Source: the human T2T-CHM13v2.0 reference genome, Homo sapiens. Taken from it: a stretch of 64,000 nucleotides of DNA. The notes below the pieces were generated by a model. The model did not search any database. It was not told where the DNA came from and saw only the letters and a program-made list of their open reading frames with translations. Position numbers and translations under genes: made by a program. Shown piece after piece: positions 29,086 through 42,210 of this stretch. How positions within the stretch are numbered: the stretch's first letter is position 1; every line of letters starts with the position of its first letter. Location of the stretch: the NCBI RefSeq assembly GCF_009914755.1, contig NC_060930.1; one strand, written 5' to 3'.

Positions 29086-30077
29086 TCATTACTAAATTAT
29101 TTTAAATAGTAAAGAAAAGAGAACAAAATGAGATGTTCTCCTTCATTTTTAATCTTATAAACAATACCATAAAAATGAACATTTCTTAAAGAAAAATATA
29201 TAGTATTCATCAGACCACCATAAATAATTTTATACTTTGACTTATCCAATAAATCATTTTTGTGATTCTTTCAGTCTTAGTTCATACGCAGATGTCATTT
29301 TTCATATGGTAATCACAAAGCAGATAAAAATTTTACATTCTACTTTTCTCTCTTAACATGCCATAAATACTTTCTGTGTTTACTTAGTTTTCATAATTTT
29401 TTTAATGGCTGTATAACAGCTCTTATAGTTGACATATCATAATTCCCTTATTTCTGGATGTCAAGAGTTTTAGCCACTATAAATAATTTTGTAGTTAATA
29501 AGAATTTTTATTCTCCTGCATAATTTCTTTCTGAATTATTTTCTTAAGATAAACTCCCAGCAATGAGATAATTGGGTCAAAGACTATTGAACGCTCTGTG
29601 TATCTTAAAATGTTTTTCCAAGCTGCTTTCCATAGGGAATGTGACAATTTTAACTGGGTGGAAAATTTTATTGATGCCTGAATTAAGGGAAGTCAGTGAA
29701 AGCTTAACATCATTCAGAATGTATGCAACCTAGCAGTATACAATCCCCCAACACACAGAAGAAAAATGCATGGAACTTGTGGCAGGGACTATGAACAAAT
29801 AAAAAACAATATGAGAAAGCTGTCTTTTTAACAGAACACCATTCTCTCTTATTCTTTAGAGGAAATATATTTTGTTTATTTTAGTTTTTAAAAATGTCTT
29901 TGTGTGAGGAACCAGGAGTAGCTTTTCTGGCCTAACATCTCATAGTCTCATTTTTCCATCCTTTGTTTCTTATTCCACAAATGGAGCAAACCATTAAGAA
30001 TAATTACTTTGATTAACACATATTAACACTAAGTACTTATTATTTGGTTTCAGATTTGGCTCAGAAATATTGCTGTT

Positions 30078-30940
30078 AATATCCAAAATATATAAGCAAC
30101 TCCTACAACCCTATTGCAAAAAGTCAGAAATATCCAGATTAAAGAATTGGCAAAGGAACTGAATAGACATTTCTCTGAAGAAGACACATAAATAGCCAGC
30201 AGGTATGTGAAAGGGTGCTGAACATCAACAGTCATCAGAAAACTGAGATAACAGTGAGTAATCACCTCACACCTGTTAAGATGGCCATTATTTAAAAAAT
30301 GAAGTGTTGGAGAAGATGTGGAGAAAAGGCAACCCTGTACACTGTTGGTGGGAATATAAATTGGTACAGCCACTGTGGAAAACAGGATGGAAGTTCCTAA
30401 AAATAATTAGAAATAGAATTACCATTTGATGCAGTAATCCTACTTCTGTGTATATATCCAAAGGAAATAAAATTAATGTCTTAAGGCTATATCTGCATTC
30501 CCATGTTCATTGCAGCATTACTCACAATAGTCAAGAAATGAATACAACATAAGTGCTCATCAACAGACAAATGGATAAAGAAAATGTGAGAAATATATAT
30601 AATGGAATGTTATTCAGCCTTTAAAAAGGGAAGGAAATTCTGTTACTTAGGAAAACACAAATGAGCCTGGAGGGCATTACGCTAAGTGAAAAAAGCCAGA
30701 CACAGAAACAGAGGGTAAAATGATAGTTGCCCAGCGCTAGCGGGAGGAGGAATTTGGGAGGTATTGGCCAAAAAGTACAAAATTTCAGTTACACAAAATG
30801 ATTAAATCCTAGAGTTATCGTCTACAGCATGGTGCCTATAGGTAAAAATATTGCATTGTATACTTAAAAATTTGCTAAGATGGTAGATCTTATAAGAGTG
30901 CTTTTACCACAAAAACATAAATAAAGAGGGCAGGAGGAAA
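30078..30940 (+). mobile_element. L1MA-type fragment (end of ORF2 + 3' UTR) with TSD
   Basis: aatagacatttctc, cactgttggtgggaatataaattggtacagccact, atgttcattgcagcatta; TSD aaatattgctgtt at 30065-30077 and 30941-30953. Confidence 0.9.
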
Positions 30941-31404
30941 AAATATTGCTGTTGACTGTACTGCAATACATAGCTTCCCTCTAGTGTGGTAAAAAGAGAC
31001 AGGAACTGTATTTTTTTTTCAACTAAACTGTTGTTTAGATTTAGTTACAAAAATTTCCAAATCTGGAGTTTTGTCTCAGTTATTAAATGTAATCGAGGCT
31101 TAGACTAAGTTTCCATCTTCTTATTTTCCCACCAAAATTATCCCAATGTAGTTTTTTTTAGGTGTTCAACTCTGATTAACAGAAGGCGTTTTTGGGGAGA
31201 GGATTCCTAACATAGAACTTCCAATGGTTAATTCCCATTGGAAGATAGTAATTTTTGTCTCATTTTGAACCATCAAAACAGAAAAGAGTTTCAAGCATCA
31301 GATCTTATGGCATGCTGCCATATAAGTGGAAACTCTTTTGGGCAGAACTGATTACTTAATTATGATGTTAGTAACTTGTCTCAGTGTGGTCTGACTCCAT
31401 TAGG

Positions 31405-31627
31405 TGGAGGTCAGCAGTTTGTTTTCTGTAAGGGGCCATAGAGGAAAGATTTTCAGCTTGGCTGGCCATACAGTCTCTGTCATGACTATTTAATCTGCCT
31501 TTGCAGTGTGAAAGCAGCCACAGAAAATATGTAAATGCAGGAGTATGGATGTGTTCCAATAAAAGTTTATTTACAAAAACAGGCAGCTGACCCATTTAGC
31601 CTGCTGGTCATAGTTTGCTGACACCTC
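31405..31627 (+). mobile_element. MER58A (hAT-Charlie)
   Basis: ggtcagca...ttctgtaaggggcca...gtgttccaataaaagtttatttacaaaaacaggc...catagtttgctgac. Confidence 0.9.
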
Positions 31628-31749
31628 ACTTAAGGAATGTGGCTTTAGGTGACCTCCAGTAGTAATCCCACTTTGTTTCAGAAATCTCTAAACCCTAGTA
31701 GGATTATCAACTTTACAGTGAAAAAAATTCAGTAAAAAGTAAAACTTGG

Positions 31750-32113
31750 TGTATTAGTGTGTTCTCATGCTACTAATAAAGACATACCCAAGACTGGGTG
31801 ATTTATACAGGAAAGAGTTTAATGGGCACACAGTTCCGCATGGCTGGGGAGCCCTCACAATCATGGCGGAAGGCAAAGGAGAAGCAAAGTCATGTCTTGC
31901 ATGGCGGAAGGCAAGAGAGAGCTTGTGCAGGAAATTCCCCTTTATAAAACCATCAGATCTCATGAGACTTATTCACTATCACAAGAACAGCACAGGAAAG
32001 ACCCACCCCCATGATTCAATTGCCTCCTGCAGGGTCCCTCCCAAGAGACATGGGAATTGTGGGAGCTACAATTCAAGATGAGATTTGGGTGGGGACACAG
32101 CCAAACCATATCA
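31750..32113 (-). mobile_element. THE1 solo LTR (THE1B/C)
   Basis: tgtattagt...ataaaaccatcagatctcatgagacttattcac...gggacacagccaaaccatatca; TSD cttgg/tttgg. Confidence 0.95.
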
Positions 32114-32210
32114 TTTGGTTTAAAAATGAACTCTGATGATAAACTACAAAGAAATAAAGATTGTGTATAAGACCATTCCGAAGCAATAACAAAGGACACC
32201 GATGCCTTAG

Positions 32211-32466
<256 letters not shown>

Positions 32467-33949
32467 CTAGAAATAAACTTGGAAAAGCTATCAAGAATTC
32501 GAAACGCTTTCAAAAATGGATTCCCTCAAAGTAGATGAATGGCAACTATTGGTCTTCAGAATAACACTCATGTCCTCATTTTGCCATCATATTTCCTCTC
32601 TCAGTGTTAATCAATCTACCAACAGTTAGTTGTTAACAAGAGTGAGTACCCTTTGGGCAGTGCTTTTCGCTGTCTAAAGTAAACCAACATGCCTTGACCT
32701 CATGAGGCAGAGAGCCAACATTGCACATGGCACACACTCACTTCCATGTACAAGCCCTGTGGGACTCTGAGAGGTTGAGTCTCTGGAGTGGGTTGGGATG
32801 GGGTGGAAGTAGAAAGGTCCAGAGTTCAGAGAGCTGCCTTGAGTTACACACCTAAATGGATAGTACACACATTAATTGTTTTAATTCTACGACTCTGAAA
32901 CATGACGTTACTCTGCTTCCTTTAGGTTAGGTAGGAAACAAGGTCTTTTTTCCTTTTTTTCTTATTCATATAAGTAAGTGAGAAAAAGTAAAAACTAGAA
33001 TACTTCCTGTTATTACTAAAGGTGACTAGACATACTACAGATGTATGTCTAGTCATCTTTAAAAAATGGCTCATGAGACATCTGAGAAATAATACCCTTC
33101 TGCGCATACAAATATGCTGCTTGTTCACACAGGAAGCAGCAAAAGCAAGCATCCCTCCAGTGCACAAAATCCCAGATATGAAAACATGATGGAGCCAACA
33201 GAGGACACTGATCCTGCTTGCCCTGCACTCAGGAGCCATGCTGCACATATTCTCCTCCGTTTGATCACCGTCCTGTGGCTCCTCCTCCATGTCATTAGTT
33301 CTCCGACAGCTGTTTTTCTTCTCCTCTTTAGAACTGTCTTGATTCTCACTCCCCTCTGCTGTGCCTTGGTGTCTGTACTTGGTTCCTTCTTGGCTTGATC
33401 ACAATGAGAGATGTTAACTTTTCTTTAAACTGGAGTCGCTTTTCTCCAAATTTCAGAGGTGGAGGTGAATGTGGAGGTGAACGTGAAGGTGGAGAACGAC
33501 TGAATGAAGCCACAATGTTGCCTTTCCTGGCTCTATCACCATCCACGCTTCATGGGAATGTTCCCTTTTGGAGTCCTGGCTCCCAGGCTCTGAAATTCTC
33601 CAAATGATAAAATATCAGAATGTAATGATATACTGAATATACTCCAGTGCTAATACAACTTTGCTGAATTTTAAATTTTGCCAAGTAAGCACAATTGAAA
33701 AACAAACAAGCAAACAAAAACCCTAAACAACCAAAACAAATAGTAACTGTTATAATCACTATCATTTTATAAAATAAAACATTTTTGACACCTCAAGTAG
33801 GCCATACTCTCAGAAGGAACAGTGCCTTAAATTGAATTTACTTTGTTTTACAAAAAACTCACTGCATTGTCCTTATATTTTTCACTTTGCCTCTGACAGC
33901 TTATAACTTAATTTTGAATTGGCCCATGTCCAGTGCCTGGTGTTTGGGA

Positions 33950-34040
33950 AGAACTGGTGTAATGGAAAGAATATTATCTCTGGAGTCAGACAGATCTGGC
34001 TTCAAATCCTGGCTTCTACACTTGACATTGAGTGAGTCAT
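33950..34040 (+). mobile_element. MIR fragment
   Basis: tctggagtcagacagatctggcttcaaatcctggcttctacactt. Other MIR pieces at ~800-900, 27720-27900 and 49185-49440. Confidence 0.75.
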
Positions 34041-34372
34041 AGGACGGGTCTGAGGCTTCCCCAAGGGAGGGAGTGCCTACCAGGTGCTGTGCATAAGGGT
34101 GACAGAGTGTGTCTTTCATTCCTGTCTGCTCTGTCTTCCTTTTGTCCTTTATGTATAACTTATCACCAACAGCAAGAAATAAGCAACTTCACCATGAAAG
34201 TTATTTTTAAGTATTTTGTTTTTTTATTGATATAATCATATTGGTTATTTGAAGTGTAGCCTTTCTATACACTTACAAATACCAATTAGTAAAAATGACT
34301 TGAGCGATTTAAATATCAGGCTCTATAATGTTTTAAACAGTTAGTAAATAAACCAAACAAAAACAAAATAAG

Positions 34373-34712
<340 letters not shown>

Positions 34713-34734
34713 TCAGACCCTGGGTGTGTCAACT

Positions 34735-35057
34735 GATTCGGGATTCTCTGAGCTCTCTTCTTGACTGGTCTTCATCCCTGGCCTGCTGTCCTTGGCCTTC
34801 TAGCCCTGTTCAGTAAGAATCCTGCCAAGCCAGATGAGCAGAAGCCCCGTCACCCCCAACCACTGATATCTAACCAAGTTCCTTTAGTAATTTTTCATTC
34901 ACTCCCTTAGCCTTCCCATTGGCTATAAACCCCCAGCTGCTTCGTCTGTACCCAGAATTGTGTTCCCTCTGGCAACAGACTTGACCCCTATTGTAATCGT
35001 CTTAAATAAAGTCTTCCTTGTTTGTTTAACTCTGTGCAGTGCAGTTTTTCTTTGCCA
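34735..35057 (+). mobile_element. ERV1 LTR (MER31-like)
   Basis: aagaatcctgccaag, ttggctataaacccc, aataaagtcttcctt, ttttctttgcca terminus. Confidence 0.65.
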
Positions 35058-36331
35058 TAGCCCAAACCCACACCATATCGGAAAGAGGTCTTCCTGGGAG
35101 AATGTGAAAGGCCGTGTGAAGAATTAACCTCAGGAACCATCAGCTCCAGAGTTTATAAATTAATTTTTTTTTAAATTTCAGGGACCAATATCAGGTGGAA
35201 TTGTTCTAATCCTATTACCTGGGGGAAGAGAGAAGTCAATTTCCACCCCTAAGGGATAAACTATCATTTTGGAAGGGGATTTTCAGAAGAAGGGTCATTT
35301 TTTTTTTCATTCGTGAAATGTTTATTAGATCATTTACATTACCATAATTATTTTTCTAGTGCTCAGAAGACTAGCAAGGAGCCTTCCTTGAGTGCCTTCA
35401 CTGATGACAGGTTTGTTATGGGTAGAAATGCTAGAGGTTGGAAGTTTCCTCCAGCACCTGTCAGCATTGATATTGCTATTAGTCATTAACTCTCCCCAAC
35501 TTTTTACTTTCCTGCTACTTCAAATTTGGCCTTCTTTATTACTGAAGAGAAAGGAATGGGCATTAGGTAGGAAAAGTGGTTCAGAAAGTTCACTTTTCTA
35601 GAGTTGCATTGTACCTTTCTGTCATAAAGTTGCATGTATTTTTCTGCCGTGGTTTACAGGTCTTTTCAAAATATTGCATGCCACATACAGCTTGGATCCT
35701 CTTGTCTCATTCTGTGGCTTAGGTTGCTAACCTGACAGGGTTATTTAAAGGAAGAGAAAAAAATATTTTTCAAAGTCAGTGGAAGCTTTGTAACCATGAG
35801 AACATTTGGGGATGAGGCAGTCAGTTCAATCAATCCAGTGTGCTCATGCGAGCAGAGGCCTCCCAAGCTGCTCGTTGTGCGATCAGACTTAGATGGCTTT
35901 CTGCCTCGTTTGCAGGACCATTTTCAGTAATACTGGAAAAGAAGAACCTGAAAGACTTCTTTAAGGATTCTCCAACTCTTAGGTAAAGTGAAGTCTGAGA
36001 ACTGGGGAAGTAGAGGTAAATCAGTCAGATGTATGAAAAACAGAAACATTGCAAATGATATCACGATGATTTGTGGTGGGGCTTATTTTTGCAGTTGGCA
36101 GCACTGTGCCTGCATTTGGGTAAATTGGCCTCAGACGAATCTCAGCGGAGCCTGGGTTCTAATTCTATGGTCTGAACAATGAACTCCTTTCTTGGCCGTC
36201 CTCTCCCTTTCAAGTTGGGGGCCAAATCTGAGTGTTTTATTGTTGAACAAGATCCGGTCAATGGTTTTTCATATAAAAGCCCCAATATTTAATAAAACAC
36301 ACTATTCATGTTAGTGGAAATGCTAGTTATC

Positions 36332-36643
36332 GGCCGGGCGCGGTGGCTTACGCTTGTAATCCCAGCGCTTTGGGAGGCCGAGGTGAGCGGATCACGAGGT
36401 CAGGAGATCGAGACCATCCTGGCTAACATGGTGAAACCCTGTCTCTGCTAAAAAAAAAAATACAAAAAATTAGCCGGGCGTGGTGGCGGGTGTCTGTAGT
36501 CCCAGCTACTCAGGAGGCTGAGGCAGGAGAATGGCGTGAACCTGGGAGGCGGAGCTTGCAGTGGGTGGAGATCTTGCCACTGTACTCCAGCCTGGGCAAC
36601 AGAGCGAGACTCCATCTCAAAAAAAAAAAAAAAAAGAAAAAAA
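36332..36643 (+). mobile_element. AluY, full length
   Basis: CpG-rich ggccgggcgcggtggc; perfect 15-bp TSD gaaatgctagttatc at 36317-36331 and 36644-36658. Confidence 0.98.
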
Positions 36644-36769
36644 GAAATGCTAGTTATCAATACCCGTGGAAAAGAGAGTTCTTAAAAATATAGTTTGAAT
36701 AAAGATTCCTGTCTTGGTTCTCTGCTTACATATGTTGAGGATGTTTAGATACCGGAATGTTTCTATCAG

Positions 36770-37208
36770 TGTATTCATTTTGTAGGGCAGCCGTCACAAA
36801 GCACCACAAATGGAGTCAAACAGCAGAAATGTATTATCTTACTCTTCTAGGGGCTGGAAGTCCAAAATCAAGGTCCAGCAGGGCCATGCTCTCTCTTCTT
36901 AGCTTCCAGTGGTTGGCAGTGTTCACTGGCATCCCCTGGCTTGCAGCTGCATAATTCTAACCTCTGCCCGCGTCATCACATGACCGTGCACCTCTGCGTG
37001 TTTGTGTCTTCACATGGAGCTTTCCTCTCTGTGTATGTCTATCTTTGTTTTCCTTCTCATCTTCTAATAAAAACACCCGTTATATTGGTTTAAGGGCCCA
37101 CCCTATGCCAATATGACCTCATCTTAATTATATCTGCAAAGACCCTATTTCCAAATAAATTCAAGAAATCTTTGGGGGGGGGTGGGGGGGGGAATTCAAT
37201 CCATAACA
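36770..37208 (-). mobile_element. MaLR LTR (MLT1B/C-like)
   Basis: ggctggaagtccaaatcaagg...cagggccatgctc...atctgcaaagaccctatttccaaataa...caatccataaca. Confidence 0.85.
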
Positions 37209-37263
37209 GAAAGTACACCTCATCTTTTTTAACACTTGCATAATATTTCATAGTAGGAATGTA

Positions 37264-37604
37264 CAGTCATGTGCTGCATAATGACATTTCAGGCAATAAC
37301 AGACCACATATACAATGGTGGTCCTGTAACATTATAAGACCCTATAACTGTACCTTTTCTATGTTTAAATCTGTTTAGATACACAAATACCTATCATTGT
37401 GTTCCAATTGCCTACAGTATTTAGTAGAGTAACATGCTGCACAGGTTTGTAGCCTAGGAACAATAGGCTGTACCATAGTCTAGGTATGCGGTAGGCTTGA
37501 TCATCTAGGTTTGTGCAAATACATATTATGACGTTCACACAACCACAAAATGCCTAATGGGGCATTCTCAGAATGTATTCCTGTCATTAATCAATGCCTG
37601 ACTC
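37264..37604. mobile_element. Tigger3a/MER7A (TcMar-Tigger MITE)
   Basis: TA|cagtcatgtgctgcataatgac ... tgcctgactc|TA; acaggtttgtagcctagg. Confidence 0.88.
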
Positions 37605-38232
37605 TATATGGTTTATACAATTATTCTTCCAATACTATTCAGGTTGGTTCACCAGTACAAATAATGCTTCAATTTTATCTTTCAGCCCTTCGTTGATTTA
37701 AATATTTGTCTATTCATTTGTTGTTTTCTCATCTTCCTACTGGAATATAAGTGCTCTGATGTCAGATACTGTATTTTTCTTTTTCATCGTAGTCATTCCA
37801 GCTCCTAGCATAATGAAAGGCATGTGGCCAATGAATAAAATATTGTTGTCCACTTATGTAAGTAGTATAAACTTCTGAAGCTAGATTAAAAATTTTGAAG
37901 ATGCTGCCAAGTTGTTCTCAAAATCAGCTGTACCATTTTACATTCCTGTCATCACCCATTTCTCTATGTGCTTACCACACTGTATATTACAATATTTAAA
38001 ACTTTCACCAATTTGATGGGTAAAAAAGGCTATTTCATTATCATAAAATAATTGTGTTTTTAAATTGTTTTGCAAACCTACCTGATTCTAAGCTCCTCAA
38101 AAGCAGAATAGGTTCATAGATATCCTTATATTTTCTGCACCTGCAGTCTGGGGCATAGCAAGTACACAATAAATAGCTACTGAGGTTATTTGGCATCCAT
38201 TTTTGAACTTTTCATGTAATTTTTTTCCTCAG

Positions 38233-38512
38233 TCCTGCAATAGTTTCCTGTGGCTGCTGTAAAAAATTACCACAAACTGGGTAACTTAAAGCATAAGAAA
38301 TTTATTTTCTCACATTTGTAAAGGCTTAGAGGTCTAAAATCAAGCTGTTGGCAGGGCCATGCTCCCTCACCTCTTCCTAGCTTCTGGGGGTTGCTGGCCA
38401 CTCTTGCCTCACCCCAATCTCTGCCTTTGCCTTCTCATGGCCTTCTCCTATGTGTCTGTCATCTTCCTATAAAGATACCAGTCATTTGATTAGGACCCAC
38501 CTAAAACTCATG
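38233..38512 (-). mobile_element. MLT1C-like LTR, minus-oriented part
   Basis: tagtttcctgtggctgctgta...aaatttattttctcaca...ttggcagggccatgctccctc. Confidence 0.8.
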
Positions 38513-38868
38513 TGTATTAGTCTGTTCTCATGCTGCTAATAAAGACATACCTGAGATGGGGTAATTTATAAAGGAAAGAGGTTTAATTGACTCACAGTTC
38601 CACATGGCTGGGGAGGCCTCACAATCATGGCAGAAGGCGAATGAGAAGCAGAGTCATGTCTTACATGGAGGCAAGTAAGAGAGCTTGTGTGGGGGAACTC
38701 CCACTTATAAAACCATCAGATCTCGTGAGACTTATTCACTACCATGAGAACAGTATGGGGGAAACTGCCCCCGTGATTCAATTATCTCCACCTGACCCTG
38801 CCCTGGACACATGGGGATTATTACAGTTCAAGGTGAGATTTGGGTGGGGACACAGCCAAACCATATCA
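38513..38868 (-). mobile_element. THE1 solo LTR
   Basis: Canonical THE1; perfect 5-bp TSD tcatg at 38508-38512 and 38869-38873. Confidence 0.96.
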
Positions 38869-38873
38869 TCATG

Positions 38874-39808
38874 TCTACCCAAGATCTGTGGATGTGGCCT
38901 TATTTGTAAATAGGGCCTCTGCAGAAGTACTCAAGTTAGGATGAAGTCACACCAGTTTGGGTGGGCCCTGATTGAATTGTTACCGGGAAGTTCTTAGTCT
39001 TACTTGGGAGAAAGAATTCTACCAAGAGACAATTTAGCCTCCATGAAAGAGAATTTATTGAAGGAAAATAGGGAGCAGAGAGTTTATTTAGAGAGAGACA
39101 GCACACTTTGAAAGATGAGGCAGAGCAGGCTGCTGATAAAGAGTATGAACCCGCAGCTGCCCAACAGTTCTGCTTTGGGTATTATGATGTCAGATTTTTT
39201 TCTTCAAGTTCCCACCTCCGTCTTAAGTCTCTGTCTTTTTTCTTTATCTAGTTTTCCCTCTTCTTCCTTAAGTCCCTGCCTTTTCCCTGCCTAGTTTCCA
39301 CTCCAGGCTTGTGGGACCCTCACTTACTATTAGTTGGTGCACACACGTGGGCCCGGTGTTGGAGCTGAATTCTACCTAATGGCTACATTGCTCACTACCG
39401 CCACCCCAGGAAGGTTGTATGGTGGTCAAATCTATACTTATTGCACCTGAGTATCTCTTATCTCTTAGGATTTTCCCGTTTGCCCTAACCTGTACTTATG
39501 GTGCCAGCATATTTCTCAGGAATTTTCCCTTTTGCTCTCTTTCCTTTCTTATTAGCATGTACCTAACAACATTCTGACATTTTAACTGCAGAGCGAATGA
39601 TTATTGGTGCATTTAAAGAAGCATTTCCTTCTGCATATATCCTTCCCCTCATCTCAGCTCATTTCTAACATGCATGTTTCTGGTGATCTCTGGGGTGTGA
39701 CATTTTCCAGACCTCACTTTTCTCAGGGGCTCCCCACCCCTGCTCATGTCTAGCTATCTGCCTGCTCTAAAAGAATGATTGGTATCTTTATAAGAAGGGG
39801 GAAATTAT
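38874..39808 (+). mobile_element. MLT1C-like LTR, plus-oriented part, interrupted by an ERV1 LTR
   Basis: gatgtggccttatttgtaaatagggcctctgcag...gggtgggccct, resumes at 39773 gaatgattggtatctttataagaag. Confidence 0.7.
38978..39772 (-). mobile_element. ERV1 solo LTR (MER50-like)
   Basis: tgttaccgg...tgctcatgtctagctatctgcctgctctaa; 4-bp TSD gaat at 38974-38977 and 39773-39776. Confidence 0.75.
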
Positions 39809-40878
39809 TTAACCCAGTACAAGACCTACAGAATTTCTCACTCCATATCTTTCTAGACTTTTGTGGTTATCTCCATAGCTCTAGTGCCTTGAAGACAGCT
39901 CTTGATATCAGGTATCAAAACTTTCATAATTTTCTTTTGGCTCTGAGTTATGACCTCAAGTCTCTGATGTCCTTGACCATCACCTGCTCTGCAGTGCCTC
40001 CCTGCTTCTCAGTTTCACGCCAAAGGAAATGGCTTTTTGCTACATGCAACTCAGCTAAAAACAGCAGACAGATGACAATGATCCCAAGTACCTGACTCCC
40101 TACTGTGAATCCCTGAAGACTGTTTTTTTTTCAACGAGGACAAATAATTTTCCTACAGACTTCTACCTTTTCCTTAGATTCTTGCCCTTTGAAGCCTTAA
40201 ACTGGTGTAAATGCTAATTTGAAATTAACAAACAATTTATGTCTTTGCTAACCTCCCTTGGCTTATTTCTCACTTCTTAAGTAGGGCTCTCACAAATACC
40301 TCACGCACGCATTTGCTTCCTTTTTAAAGAACCTACCACTCTTTCCTTCAGATCACATTGAACATATTTAAATTCTCTCTGGCTCTTAACGTGTGTGTGG
40401 GGTAGTGGTTGTGTGCATGTGTGCAGGTGTATATAAAAAGCAAAGGAATTGGACAAACAGATCTGCAATGTCCTCTTTAGGTTAAGTGCTTGTAAAAGCA
40501 GTAGAAAGTACTCATCCAGAAGCAGTCTAAACAGAAGATAATCTCTCCATCTTTCATTGAATTTCAGAAGTTTCTGACAGGGCTCACTATTCAGGGAAAG
40601 TTGGTTTAAAAGACACTGGAGCACTTGGTCCCACAGGGGACTACCTCAAAGATTATAACTTTTGCCGGGGTTGGGGGAGGACGATATTGTCGGCCAGTCA
40701 TTGTGACTCTTTTCATTTGCATGTGGCTGCCACGTAGCTTCGCCCTGATTAAGTGACCTCCTTTTAGATTGCTGCATACCACATCCATAAGTGGTCTGCT
40801 TGTGTTTCTGATCAAGCAATAGCTAAGCAAAGCAACACTACCTGAAGGAGTGCTTCCTGAGATCTTGTGGAGGAACTC

Positions 40879-41180
40879 TTTTCTTTTTTGAGACAGGGTC
40901 TTGCTCTATTGCCCAGGCTGGAGTGCAGTGGTAGGATCATGGCTCACAGCAGCCTCGACCTTGTAGGCTCAAGCCATCCTCCCATTCAGCCTCCTGAGTA
41001 GCTGGGACCTCAGCCTCCTGAGTAGCTGCCACCATGCCCAGCTAAGTTTTGTGATTTTTTTGTAGAGACAGGGTTTTGCCATATTGCCCAGACTGGTCTC
41101 AAATTCCTGAGCTCAAGTGATCTGCCTGCCTCAGCCTCCCCAGTTGCTAGGATTACAGGCGTGAGCCACTGCACCTGGCT
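40879..41180 (-). mobile_element. AluJ with internal duplication
   Basis: AluJ features (cagcctcgacc, gctcaagccatcct); flanking repeat tggaggaact at 40868-40877 and 41184-41193. Confidence 0.93.
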
Positions 41181-41344
41181 TTCTGGAGGAACTTCATTAC
41201 ACTTCTTATATGAACACTTCCCTTACCAGCTCACAATATCTAATCAGGGTTCACTGCAATTTGAACCCTTTAATTCCTTCCCTGTCTTTCTTCTTCTTCA
41301 AATACTTATTAAGCTTCTATTCTTTACCAGTCCTGGGGCTAGAA

Positions 41345-41841
41345 CCAAGTGAGAAAGATTAAAACAAGATGTAGGATTTCCCCCAAGAGACTGAATGTAC
41401 GAATGGGTAATGGTGAAAGCATATACAGGACACTGACTCACGACCTCTGTAGCAAACAGCACAGGAAGCCAAACAGTAACCTCTGCAGCAGTCAGCCCAG
41501 AATGTTCAGAGCATTGCTTATGACTGCCAGCTTTCCTAGTTTTTGGCTCTGCTTTCAACTCAAGACCAAACAGAAAACCCAATATGCTCCCCAGACCCCT
41601 ATCACATAAGAGGCACCAATTCTATTTAGTTCATTCCTAGCTTCCCCATGCTAATAACTGCTAATCAGAGCAGACCTGACACTTTCTATTTTTGGAAGTA
41701 TAAAGCCTTTCCACTCCCTTGCCTACCTTTGTGTCTCTGCTAAATGCAAGTGATGGCAGCTGACTCCCTTCCTGCAGTAAGCTCTGAATAAACAACTCAT
41801 GCTTATTCTCATTCGAGTGGTGGTCTTTGTTTATTTCCATA
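41345..41841 (+). mobile_element. ERV1 solo LTR (MER89/MER90-like)
   Basis: TATA-like tataaagc, gcaagtgatggcagctgactccctt, gctctgaataaa, ends tttatttcca; family tentative. Confidence 0.65.
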
Positions 41842-41855
41842 GCCCCTTGAGGAAC

Positions 41856-42210
41856 TGTTAGAAGATAAACTTAGGCATATTAAAATTTTTAAGATTTTAT
41901 TTTAGCATTTAACAATGCATGAATCGAGAAGCACCAGACTGCACATGGTTTAGCATTTCACTGTAGAGGTGAGGGTTGGTGTGAGAGTGAAGAGAGAGAG
42001 ACTTTTATAAGATATTCGTGGAAGAAAGACAAAGAAAACATATTTGATTAGGGTAGAAAGTCCTTAGAGATTACTTGGCAGTTTCTGATTGATAAATTCT
42101 CTAGTTTCATCTTACCACTTATAGTGGGCTTCAGTTTGCTTACGTAGGAACTTATAGCACTTGACTGCCCCAGTCTAACGGCCTCGTAGTTAAAAAAAAT
42201 TTTTTTAACA
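41856..42210 (-). mobile_element. MER93-type 3' LTR
   Basis: TG..CA termini; homologous to 46503-47076; preceded on the minus strand by purine tract gacaaaagaaggaaa (PPT). Confidence 0.85.

Noticed and set aside
31754-32081. ORFs in THE1 LTRs (also 38587-38913, 47821-48021)
   Set aside because: Chance frames within LTR consensus sequence
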